DNA from: Tubiluchus corallicola
Lineage: Eukaryota > Animalia > Priapulida
Assembly: GCA_030141605.1 (NCBI GenBank)
Contig: JAQGDQ010000013.1
Span: forward strand, 634,447-698,446
Direction: 5' to 3'
DNA: 64,000 bases
The stretch's first letter is position 1, and every line of letters starts with the position of its first letter. Both the position numbers and the translations under genes were made by a program. Of the stretch, positions 16,401 to 28,464 are shown one piece after another. Under the pieces are notes generated by a model. That model searched no databases and had not been told where the DNA came from. It was given only the letters and a program-made list of their open reading frames with translations.

Positions 16401-18171
16401 TCAGCATAAATTGAAAAATGATACAAGATCATAAAACTGTGCCTCTACTGAATAATCCTTGGAACAATATCATACTTTGCCCTTTATTTGCACTAGAAAT
16501 GTTCCTGAATTTCATTTTCTTTAAATTTATTACACACATGATTTATTTGGGATAAAGGTGCAGATAGCATTATACTAACTTCCTAATTAATAGCAATTGA
16601 TTAACATTAATTGCAGTGGAAAAAGTAGAAGGCATTGCATTAAACTGCTAGTTTATTACAAATTTTGCAGGTTTTTTGCAACCCAAACAATTCCCATGTA
16701 GTTGTTGCAGTGTTGCATTCCCAAACAAAAGTCATTGTTTGTTGCAGTGAGTCAAAATATAATATACAAAATTAAGTCAAATAACAATAATAATAAATAG
16801 AGTGAAATATAGGTGGCAGTACACAAGAATCGCAGGTGAAAATGCATCACAATTTCTGAAGTCTGGCAAAGATTAGAACTGGATTTTGATTTAAATTACT
16901 TAAAGTTATGGAATGGTTTAGGCCAATAATGAAAATAGTTCGGTTTCCATCTAACCACCCGGGTAATATTTTTATCCGTCACTCGGCATAAAATTTTGTT
17001 AACTTTTTTTGTAAGTTCATACACTTACTTGTCTCAGTTGTATAAATGCCTATTTTTTAATTTAAAGCGTTAAACACAAATGCTGATTTTGCCTTACTTT
17101 TAATATAAGGTATGGGGGAAATAAACGAAAACTGCTGTGAAAGATGTTATCATTAACTTTGTAATTAACCTTAAGTTTATATCCTTGTGAATAATAATAT
17201 TTCAATCCATTTATTAGAATTATATCACTTTACTCAAGTTTTATGATTAGACTAGAGATTAGATTTGATTTGACTAATAATTACAGTTATACAGGGTAAG
17301 AATTAAACAAAGAGGAAATTGGTCCAACAAGAAAAATACTCCAATTTGTCATGTAACAATTAAAATAACTTGAAACAATCAGACGCAAATTTAACGACTG
17401 GGTTAGTGTCCTTAGTGACTGAAAATATTTTGTACAGAGGCCTTGTTAAGATCGTTAAAAAAAGTTTTGTTTTTGACAAATGCAGTTCTTCATAATGACA
17501 TAGCATGTGCTCTTCATCCTGAAATGTGCACCGTTAGCACACAGTCACATACGCACGTTTGTCTGGGTGTTTGCCTCTAACTTCCAGTTTCCACAAGAAG
17601 TTTATAAGCAAATAATGAGTCCATCGAATCTTATCCACTTCTCATATACCAGGAGTAGCATTTAAATACAATAGAGGAAACTTGTGTGAAGGATTCATTG
17701 TTCTGTAAGTTACCAAATGGCTTCTTTCAGATGTGTGGGCACGCTCTAAATGGTTTACCTTGTTATGTCCACAGGATTATCAGATAGAGAGAAAATGTTA
17801 TCCACATAAAGGCTCATAGGAATGTTGGCTGCATGACATTTTGTATTATTGCACTTATTAGAATTTCTAGTTTGTCTCTGTTTTCCATCATTTTCTTTTT
17901 AAACATTTTTGTTGTTGGAATTTAACCTATGCACTGTGTGTAGCCTGGTGTTTGTGGGGTAATGTGGTGGGTGGGATGATGTGCATTGTCATTATAGGAG
18001 TATGTGCAAAATTTTTTGGCTGGTACATCAAAATTGTTTTGATGAGCCTGAAAAACCAAATTTTTACAACCGTACCTTTTCACAAGCCATGTACACGTTT
18101 GGCAGTTTGTACATGCAATCCGGCAACTGAATGCTATCAAATTTGCCACAAATCTGCTGCAATTTATACAT
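12451..18171 (-). CDS. AIMP2: Aminoacyl-tRNA synthetase complex-interacting multifunctional protein 2 (~292 aa)
   Basis: Exons 18171-18076 (MYKLQQ...QLPDCMYKLPNV), 15630-15466 (ALSAWQESILERLKSLRDEVD leucine zipper), 14777-14555 (NIVICANPTNPPFSVL...ITLIWKK), 12845-12451 (GEGNIARYL). All GT-AG and phase-consistent. Confidence 0.93.
13111..13804. mobile_element. piggyBac-like (TTAA-site) MITE in AIMP2 intron
   Basis: ttaa|CTCCTTGAGGAC...GTCCTGAAGAAG|ttag; same family as 52576-53286; a truncated copy lies in the duplicated segment (~11927-12256). Confidence 0.7.
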
Positions 18172-21100
18172 ATCTTAATCGACTTAAAACTAGAAGTCAA
18201 GGATTTTTTATGACCACAGTCACCAAATCACTAAAGCTGACAGTGAATGGGACAAGTGACTGCAGACTACCAATTGATTGTAATCAACTTCTTTTAGAAA
18301 AAAATGAAATGTTGAAGAAAAATCGCCTATGCACTCAATATGATAACCATTTTTTGTAGGTCTTGCAGTAATGAAACTGAATTAAACACTATACACGTGG
18401 TTTGTTACACTTATACGCAAGTGCCTGTATGATGGTAATACCAATCCGCCACTTGAATGACTTTATTGCTGCCAGATTTATAATTTTTCAAGCCACTTTT
18501 ACTATTTTTAACTTCAGCAAATCTATAATTTTGGTTAAATTCATTAGAAGTCCCGTTAATTAATTTTTTCTCAGTACAGTTTATGCTAATATACGGTTAC
18601 AGGCTTTTTATGTGAAAATGTAATTCTTGCCTTGCATAATGAATATAATGTACTCGAACACAATGTGAAAATGTAAAGACAATCACAAAAACGACACCAA
18701 AAGATAACAACAAATCCCGCAGAATGCTTGAATAAATATTGAATAATTGAAACTTACAACTTTGATTGCTTGATTAATTTTGATAGTTCTATGGAGTATT
18801 GTATAATACTATATTCCACAGCTAGAGCCTGAACACAAAAGTAACAAAAAGTAAAGCTAATTTATTCCAAACAAGTACGATTATATTTTGCAAAAGTACA
18901 CATTAGACACTGCTTCCAGAGAATATGACCTTAAAGTTGCAGTTGCAAACATTTTGAGATCTTCGATTCATATCAGCTACAGCTAAAGCTAATAAAATTT
19001 CGTGTATGATTAAGAGAACATTCACATAACCAAAGAGTCAGTGCTTAAGTTCTTGTACTGTACAACATGCCAGTGCATTGGGTGAAGGTCAAGTCACTGC
19101 CAGACCAAAAAACACCAGTCAAAGGACCAACCTGGACAAAGTACCACAGGAAAAAGGAGCAACTGACATATAGATTTGCCTCAAGAAATAACGGATCACC
19201 AAACAAAGGACACCAGGCAAATGTCAAGCTGACTTTATGTAAAGATTATTATTACCTGTTAGTTTTATATATTTGTTAGTCTTTTATTACGTCCTGTGTA
19301 CTATAACTGACCTGAGTATTATGACTTTTCTTACAAAGCTATATATTTAAATAAATTTTAATTAAAAATAAAATAAAAAAGTATAAGACATTTATCAGTC
19401 AAAAATATTATCAACGAAAATCCACCTCGTTTTATTAAATGAAATATTTACCATAAGTCAGTTGCAATTTCACTAATTAAAGCTGATGTACGTCAGCATA
19501 TTCACTGGTGGCACTTTATCCATTGGTCCATTGTCTACCTGCCTAACTGGTGGAGCTTTAGCCACTTTTAAAATAGTAAAAGTGGTCCGATGTCTGGTGA
19601 TCCTTCGTCCAGATTGTCTTTTGGCCCTTCATCCTTTGATTGGCGGTTCTTTGACGTACAACCTCAGTAGGTGCACACGCGCCGGGTATGATAAGTTATA
19701 ACACCAATGCTGACTAGTTTTATTTAGCAACTCTCACATTTGTTCTTGCAGAGCTTGATATAATTCATTTTTATAATTGAGTTTGGTGAATAATTATTAA
19801 TGGTAAGCTTTGTTTTGAGATAGGTGTATAATCTACTGCTGTGTGCACTGTGTACAATCACTTAGTTGGTGGTTGCTAATACTAGCCACACGCAGTAAAA
19901 GAAATCTGCCTTCAACAAATTGTCTAATGGTAAACCATCAGGCAAAATTTGTTGTAGCTAGCTTTGGCATGAAGCAATAAGTGCGTCATGAGGTAATCTC
20001 AGCTAATAATAATTGACACATCACAAAATGATTAGATTGGTCTGACCTGCTTTTGCTAACTACTTTTTTTGCATCAGACAAAAATGTTTATATCAAGCCT
20101 GCACACGGAGTAAGATGAATTTGTCTTAGGCAGAAGATTGCATGCAAGTTCTTGAGAAAAACCTGTATGTAACAAATTGGAAAAACCAAGCCTTAATAAT
20201 CATTAATGAGCTGCAGACGAGCAAAAATCTATGTTAGACAATAGCTGTTGCAGGCAGATTTTGCATAGTGTGGGCCAGACATAAGCTTAGTGTAACCTTA
20301 TATTTAGCAGCAGGAAAAATTGTCTTTCTTAAGCTGGTGTTATGTGCATTTTTTTGCATTAGAGATGATATTTTGTCCAGGAACTGAGCAAGCCATGGTA
20401 CATATATAATTGGTACCGTTTCCATATAATTCCAGAGTCTTCTGGCACTTTCACTCTTAATCTTCACCTTGGCGATAATCTGTGAGTGCTGGATAAACCA
20501 CTGTTGTGATTATGTAATTTGTGTTGTGATCATATTTTTAGCTGTTGTGATTAGTTAATTAATTAGTTCTTATTAAGTTTTTATTAGTTCTTAATAGTTC
20601 TATTTTAATTAGTCTTATATTTAATATCTAAGTATTATTATTTTAATTTTTTTTATAATTGTTTTGTCTGTGTAATGACTCGTGTTTTTGGCATGAAACC
20701 AGAGTCCTGTATGAAATGATACCTCATAATAATTTATAATCATTACGCGCAATAAATTCGAATTGAATCGAATTGCCCATGCTTTGGTAGGAAACAAGAC
20801 TGTCAGTTTAATGGCTCCTGCCGTGTAAATTAAAGTGTTAATTTTTGGTAATTACTTCTTTGTGTTTTTATTAAGGATGTATCATGATAACAGTTATTAT
20901 GATATTTTAATTGCAGAAAAGTTAATGGTCAGGCAGCGTCACCTGTAGCTGGACATTCCATTTTTAAACTTGGACAAATGCGTAAAAAATACAAATTCGA
21001 AAGAATCATTTCGTTCAGTGTACAGTTATAAAGTACTACAGTACTAGTTACTATGTGCCATTGTTGTTATATAAAAGTTGTCATAAAATTCTTATAAATT

Positions 21101-22060
21101 AACGATATAAACGTAAAATTACAAAAACGCAATGGCACATTATAAGTAAAGTGAATGACACAAAAATATAATAAAGACAAAAATATTTTGAATTACGATA
21201 ACAATATCAATATAGACAGTCAAATATATATATATATGTAAAGAATCAGCAAAATAATTATATAGGCAGAAGTTCCTTCAATCAGCATTTATAACTGTAA
21301 GCAATATATATTGCTGTCTTTACTTCGCTTTTATGCACTATAATGTATGTAGAATCAATCATGTTAAGGACTGTTTTGTTTGTAAGCAGGTACGTTTATC
21401 ATGCGCTGATATGCTAGCCTAGTGGTTTTACTTTGAATCTGTTACCCCTCGTCACTGCAATTAATCTCGTTACCCAAGAATTTCTGGAAGCTAAACATTG
21501 ACTCACTTGTCTAGCGAGTAGCGGATTCCTTTTGAAGCTGTCGTTGTAAATCACGCTTTTATGCTTAATCACTTAACTACAGTCAAACATGCAGGTATAA
21601 TAATCAGCCAGTATTCATTGGGACTTACTAGAGTAAACATCATACTGCAAATAAGTTAAGAAGTTTGGAAAATGGAGCATACACGTAAAGATCTGACAAT
21701 TAAAGAAAAACTGATATTTTTTTTAAATTTTTAACTGTACGAAGGAATTTAGGCAGTACTTCGTTTCTAAAATTCATTAAAAACCTTTGCAGTGCATACT
21801 AAACTGATGAGTCATACTTCTATTCCAGTAATACTACACCCATCGGTTAATAAGTTCAGTCGGTTAATTGGATCAAAACACTTTGGTCCCAAAGTGAGTC
21901 TATTAAGCAGCACCTACTATATATATATATATAGTTCTGATTATCACATTTATTATCATAGTTTGTTCATGTAATTATGATGGAAAACTTAGCTTGTCTG
22001 CACTCATCTTTAATACTTCTATTTTTTGCATTACAGGGATTGATTAGCTGTTAACATACT

Positions 22061-25000
22061 ATGTTCCAGAAGGCATCGAAATTTCCAGCCAGACCTGTGC
22101 CACCGTCCATTGAGAAGATACACGAAGATATTAAAAATGCTTCTGGAAAAGATGTGGTTTTTACATATTTGAGAAAATTGAACAGGGAATTGCCAGAAGG
22201 TTTTTATTGCCGCATTTTGGTTATTTAGATTATTGTTTACGTGAAAATAACTTCTTGCATGTTCCAGACGACATGCAGCAAAATTCCTCAAGAACGAATC
22301 CTCACAAAAGTGGACCATATTGCATTCTATGGCGTTTTTCACAGAGACTCTCCATACTATGCGTTTTCTTCATGAAGAATTCTACAAGTTGTGCGTCAGC
22401 TTCATGAAGAATTTTGCTGCTTGGTAGAAATGGAGTGTCAAAGTAATTCCATTTTGCTTACTGCCTGCGTGAAACTGGCCTAAGAAGAAATCAATTACTT
22501 ATTACTTTCCAAACTAATCTTGCACCAGTAAAGTTAAACAAAAATCTAAGACTGTTAAGGACCGTTTAGACTGTCAGTTTTTTGGTCAAACTTGTTTGTC
22601 ATTTTTCGTTTGGCAAACTAGTTTGATCATATAAACAGCAAAACAACAAACTTTTAGTTTGACAAACAAAGTTTGATGATATCAAATTGTCTTGAATTCA
22701 TCAAACATAATCTGACAAACTCGGACTCTCAGTAGGGTCTCGTGTTCGTTACATCATGCTGATTGTTTATTTTCGCACGGGGTTCAGAGAATTTTGTCAT
22801 TATTAATTCAGCAAGTTGCATATAACTATACATACGGCAAACAGCATTTTCGGCTGCTGTCTGATACTGGGAACCTGGTGGGTAAAAACAGTGTTGGCAC
22901 CGCAATTTGACTGACACCCCTTGATGAATAGTTATTAATAGAGTTTGATGTCATCTAAACACGCGTCAGTTTTTGTTTGTCATTTTAGTTTGACAGTTTA
23001 AAAACTGATCGTGTAAACGGACTGTTAGACTTCTTGTAACTCGACTTGTCTTTGGCACATTGCTTAGGGCAATTAAATGTTTTGTTTTTATTTTAATAAT
23101 GAAGCAGAAACATAAAATTTCACTCAAAATTTTTGATCCTGATGGATAAGGATTCGTTCTTTCTACTGGTACAGGGTGTTTCATAAGTCCTTAACTAATG
23201 TGATTTTCAATTTTTGACATTCATCTTGTGCTAAATTTTTACCGAGTAATTAACTAATGGGAATATTTTTTAATTTGTATTTGAAGTTTTGTGCCATTTT
23301 CTTCTGCTATGATTCTAGAGCAAAGGTATAAAACTGCTGCATGACCGTATTTTCAAATGAGTCCTTATAAAAATGGTATTATATAGAAATGCTCTTTATA
23401 ATCTTCATAAATGATAAATTATGGTTAGTGCAAAGGACTTACAAAATCATATTTGATGCCAACTAAAATTCTCATTAATTTTGGATTCAGGAACCAAATA
23501 ATTGCTGTTTCTGTTTCTGTTGCATGTGCTATCGGTTTTTTAATAAAAATCATTTTAAAATAACGATACTTTGAATTACTTGTGATATTGTTCTGTTAAT
23601 CTACTAGTAGTGGGCATGCAGTTTCTTTAGTAAAGCATTTTGCATAATGTGCAGAGATTTTGGTGAAAATTTTTTCAAATAAAATAAAAAATTTCCTTCA
23701 TTCACCGTCTAGCATATATTATTTCCCAATGTGCCATGTCGTGAAGTTCACGGTGTCATAATTTTTTATTATTATGTCATATGTCATTATTTTTGTTCAT
23801 TATGTCATATTATTGCAGTCTCTGGTTAAAACATAAAAAATCCCACACAAGAAATTTCAGCTGTAAAATAAGTCTATTTCTTCATATACAGTCTAAACTT
23901 TTATCCTTGAACTATGTAGTATGCATAACATTTACCCTTCATAGAATTGCTGGCTTCCTTGCCTCATAGAAAACTTACCTGGGAGTTGGCTGTCAGAGAG
24001 CATTGAATCAACATGTGCTGTGAATAATTTGTATGACTAACTGATTTTTATAAATAAACTCACTTGTGTTCTACCTCTGTCTTAGCTATTTTACCTTTAG
24101 ATTTCTTCATATGGTGCCGAAACCCGGGACCATTCTTCATATGGTGCCGAAACTTCATTTTATACAAGTTTATAGAACCAAGGAAATTATGCTAGGACTT
24201 TATTTGAAAGAAAAAAAATCAGTTTGATATCTACAAACCAGGTGATACAGTTGCTCTGCTTGGAAAAGAAATCAGTTTGCTTGGTATAAGGCTGCAAACC
24301 AAATGATACAGTCACTCTGTTCCTGTTCACACTGAGTGCTAAATATATGGACAGTATTGGTGCTTCTAATTTGGAATCCAGATGACTAGGAGTTAACCTT
24401 GTTTGAGTATGGCCACCACAACAACCACAAGCGACAAGACTATTCTTTATACGCCGCCGTGGGAGGGTGAACCTAAAGGTCATGACACAAGGACTGGACA
24501 ATTATTCCAGCCAATGTAATCAAACAAGGACTCATCAAAGCAAGGAGTGACCGTTATGGACCATGGTTCTAAGGACTCAGACGACGAGGAACCGGACTAT
24601 GAGCAGCAACTACATATTCCAGCTACCCCAGCACATGGAGCCACCCCAACAGCTGCAACTGGAGCAATTCCGAAGATGGTTCCAGACAAAGATCCATTGC
24701 ATGGACACCAGCTGGAGGTGAAGATACTGATCCAGAACCTGAAAATAAACTCACAGCACTATGGTGAGGTGTTTTTCACATGTACTACATTGTTAGACTT
24801 GGAATTTGACGAATGTATTGCTAATTATCAAAACTTTGTTGACAGATGTAATGCTGCAATTACTGATTTAAACTTACCACGTGGATCCTGGAAATGTCGG
24901 AAAACTTTCCACTTGTATCGAATTGTTTCTGTTAAAACCCAAGATCCACCTTAATCAAATCTACCTGTAAAATCAGAAACATTAAAGATTTTGTAAATAA

Positions 25001-26674
25001 GTTTTGCATTGTTTAGTATTGCTATTATTGTTAACATCATTTGAAGAACAACCTGTTGTTGTTATTGTTAACACTGTTTGAATAGCTGCTTATTAAATTG
25101 TTAAAATATTACTTACCTAAGTTACCTTATACTTACCTTGTGCACAAAACGTGCTCTTTGTTATAAACCTGAAAAGAAAATAACGATAGAAATGTTATTA
25201 ATAAATTGTGTCTAATTGTGTGATAGACCATGTACAGCATAACCTACAGGCGAACCAAGAAAAACCTTTATCATAAACACAAAGAGTAACCAATGCTGTA
25301 TGTCATTGCTTATTATACTTGCTAATACTTGTGCATGTTCTCGGTTAGCTATCTACTAGTAATTTAAATCTAACGATTGATATATCGTGTGCATCCTAAA
25401 TCGATGCCCTTTGTTACGAATTTGTATCGCGAATGTTAAGAATATGTGTATATGTTAAGATGTTAGAGTGTATCCTAAATCGATACTCTGGTCTCAAATC
25501 GTCATGATGATTTTATAATCTAGAGATTGAATGTTATTTGTAGTGAAACTCAATAGAGAAATATCAAGTTTATCGTTAAGTTGTGTGTAATGAAACTTGT
25601 TACGAATGTAGCGTGATAATTATATACAAAATTACTTTGAAATTTAATGTCACTATTAAATTAGATTTAAAAAACTTACCCTCTTTGTACATAGCCCAAA
25701 TACTCCGTTTTGCAATGGTGTGATTCGTATTTATCCACGGCGCCCAAACTGGTTGGTGGCGCCATCTCGTACTTAAGATGTTAGATGTTATTCTTAAAAT
25801 GATTAAGAAATGCAACAAAATTTATTTCTTGTAAAAGTTAAATGACTTGAAAGGTTAAAGTATCAAATAGTTTGTTATTTCCAACTTCCTGGTCGGAGTG
25901 TCGTGAAGTTCACGATGTCATATGTCATTATTTTTTATTATTATGTCATATGTCATTATTTTTGTTCATTATGTCATATTATTGCAGTCTCTGGTTAAAA
26001 CATTAAAAATCCCACACAAGAAATTTCAGCTGTAAAATAAGTCTATTTCTTCATATACAGTCTAAACTTTTATCCTTGAACTATGTAGTATGCATAACAT
26101 TTACCCTTCATAGAATTGCTGGCTTCCTTGCCTCATAGAAAACTTACCTGGGAGTTGGCTGTCAGAGAGCATTGAATCAACATGTGCTGTGAATAATTTG
26201 TATGACTAACTGATTTTTATAAATAAACTCACCTGTGTTCTGCAATATACTGATGTCTTAGCTATTTTACCTTCAGAAATATTTCACATGCCACGAGGAA
26301 CTTAATTTTTTTGTTTAGATCTGTGTAATGCTTTAGACAAATCGATGACATCGAACGTGATTTTTGTGTATGTTTATACAGCAAATATAGCAATACTATA
26401 TAAAAAAATAATTCTTTTTACAGGTGACAGCTTCTTAAGTGAATCTTCTAGCTCTTTTGATGTTTTTGATGACGAAGATGATACAGAATTGCAAAAGTCA
26501 AAAATTGAGTCAATGTACTCAAAGGTACATAGATTCCTAGAAGTTAACAAATCATTAAACACTTCCATTGAGGAACTTGAAGCTTTAAAACATCAACTTA
26601 ACAAACTTAAAGATGATGTATTGAAGAGTTCTGAAGAACTCAAGCAATGCATGCAAAGGGAACCAAAAAACTAG
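22061..26674 (+). CDS. C19orf25: UPF0449 family protein (C19orf25 homologue), ~129 aa
   Basis: Exon 22061-22199 (MFQKASKFPARPVPPSIEKIHEDIKNASGKDVVFT, like the human PTRPAPPTVEQILEDV...DPVFT motif) joins in phase 1 to exon 26424-26674 (MYSKVHRFLEVNKSL...coiled coil). A 5'UTR acceptor ttacag ends at 22036. Confidence 0.8.
22558..23023. mobile_element. Harbinger/Tourist-like MITE
   Basis: Imperfect inverted ends aggaccgtttagactgtcag / ctgatcgtgtaaacggact with sub-terminal inverted motifs. Confidence 0.5.
23737..26288 (+). mobile_element. Non-autonomous LTR retroelement (BEL/Pao-like signals) in C19orf25 intron
   Basis: LTRs 23737-24109 and 25899-26288 (TG...CA); 5-bp TSD TGCCA on both sides; PBS TGGTGCCGAAACCCGGGA at 24112-24129, complementary to the tRNA-Phe 3' end; no pol; one short internal ORF 24547-24954. 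Confidence 0.92.
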
Positions 26675-26731
26675 GAAATAACTAAGACATTTAGTGAATA
26701 TTCCGAGTTGACAGTCGTGCCAAAGTTAAAT

Positions 26732-27436
26732 ATGGATGGTGTGTCAAATGACTCTGAAGAGAATATGAAAGTGTTTAAGCAAGGTGCTGAATCAAGACTT
26801 TACTTGACTCTGTTCTTGGGTCGTCAATGTGTGGTAAAAGAGCGTTTCTCCAAGAAATATCGACATCCGGAACTTGATTACACCTTGACGAAAGAAAGGC
26901 AGAAAAGTGAGATAAAAGCAATTGCAAAGTGCCGTCAGTTGGGAATTCCCGTGCCAGTTCTTTATTTTGTTGATCAAAAGAAAAACATGATTTACATGCA
27001 TTACTATAAAGATTCCACGACAGTGCGCGACTACATAAGCACTATACAAAAAGAACATTTAGAAAAAACTAAACAAAAAGAAATTTTGTGTCCATTGATG
27101 TCTGTTATAGGCAGACTCTTGGGAATAATGCATAGTAATAACATTATTCATGGAGACTTGACTACATCAAATTTTCTTCTTCTGCATCCCGTGACGAACA
27201 GCCAGGTGGTTGTTATAGATTTTGGTCTGAGTTATGTCGAAACTAAAACGGAAGATAAGGGAGTTGATTTGTATGTTTTGGAACGAGCGTTTTTGAGTAC
27301 GCATCCGAACAGTGAGGATTTGTTTAGGTCAATATTAGAGGCATACAAGCAACATTATGGTAAAGGTTGTCATGATGTACTTGCTAAGTTAGAGGAGGTA
27401 CGCTTGAGAGGAAGAAAGAGATCTATGGTGGGATAA
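26732..27436 (+). CDS. TP53RK: EKC/KEOPS complex kinase TP53RK (PRPK/Bud32), intronless, ~234 aa
   Basis: KQGAESRLY, VVKERFSKKYRHPELD, IIHGDLTTSN, IDFGLS, EDKGVDLYVLERAFLSTHP and C-terminal EVRLRGRKRSMVG; first ATG at 26732. Confidence 0.97.
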   Translation: MDGVSNDSEENMKVFKQGAESRLYLTLFLGRQCVVKERFSKKYRHPELDYTLTKERQKSEIKAIAKCRQLGIPVPVLYFVDQKKNMIYMHYYKDSTTVRDYISTIQKEHLEKTKQKEILCPLMSVIGRLLGIMHSNNIIHGDLTTSNFLLLHPVTNSQVVVIDFGLSYVETKTEDKGVDLYVLERAFLSTHPNSEDLFRSILEAYKQHYGKGCHDVLAKLEEVRLRGRKRSMVG

Positions 27437-28210
27437 TTGGGCTAATTTGCTGAATTTATAGATCAGTCATTTTTCTGATAATTCTGCACAAACCTGCTTT
27501 ATAAATGTCTCAGTTTTTTCTGAAATCATTTGTAAAAATTTGGTAATGGATTGATGTTTGTACATTATTGCCAATGTGAAACATTATGTATTAAATTTCT
27601 TAACTACGCATAATTTTTTGTTTCTCTCTCTGGTATCAAATCAAGCCATTAACCGATCTTCCTAATTGTTACACATGTCATGAAGTACAACCCTGTCTTC
27701 ATTTTTGTCATTTTTCATTGTCAAAGGCTGATAAGTTGGTCTCTAGCTTATTTCAAGTACTTGGTGAACTCAACTACTTCTTAAGTTCTGCAGGTGTCTC
27801 AATGACAGCAGGCAAACAATTGCAAATTAAAACATTTAAACCTTGATTTTTCTGTGTGTTGTGAATTATTTTTACACCTGAATAATTTTAACCGAGTTCA
27901 TCTTATAGTAAAACTTTAATCCAGCAGTTACGCTTTAAGAAAATGAAATTCTTAAAGTGAGGAAAAAAGAAAATAGAATCTAACAAGAATTCTGCTCATT
28001 GGTCTCGTACTATCTTGATCTTCATCTGGTGTTGCACAAATCAACCCCTTCGGAACTGCTGATGTGCACACCAAAATTATATTTATTATGTTTAATAATA
28101 GCAATATAATTTCTGTAGATGGTGCAGTAGATCATTGACCGTGTAGTACAATGGGAGATTGTCACTTCGGATTGTCAAAATAAACTTTAAGTGAATCGAA
28201 CAGCTTAAAA

Positions 28211-28394
28211 ATGGCCGCTTCCATTCAAGATATAGCTTCAGCATGGGAAATAGTTAAATCGGCTTTTACACCAAAAAATAAGGTTTGCGTTTGTAAACAT
28301 TAATGTTTTTAAAAATAATGAAGTGATCCATAAAATGCATTTCGCAGTACCTATTAACACGTCTTTGCAACTGTTGGCGCGTACGTATTTATAT

Positions 28395-28464
<70 letters not shown>

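Noticed and set aside
26708-26731. TTG start for TP53RK given in the ORF track
   Set aside because: Eukaryotic gene; the first in-frame ATG is at 26732.
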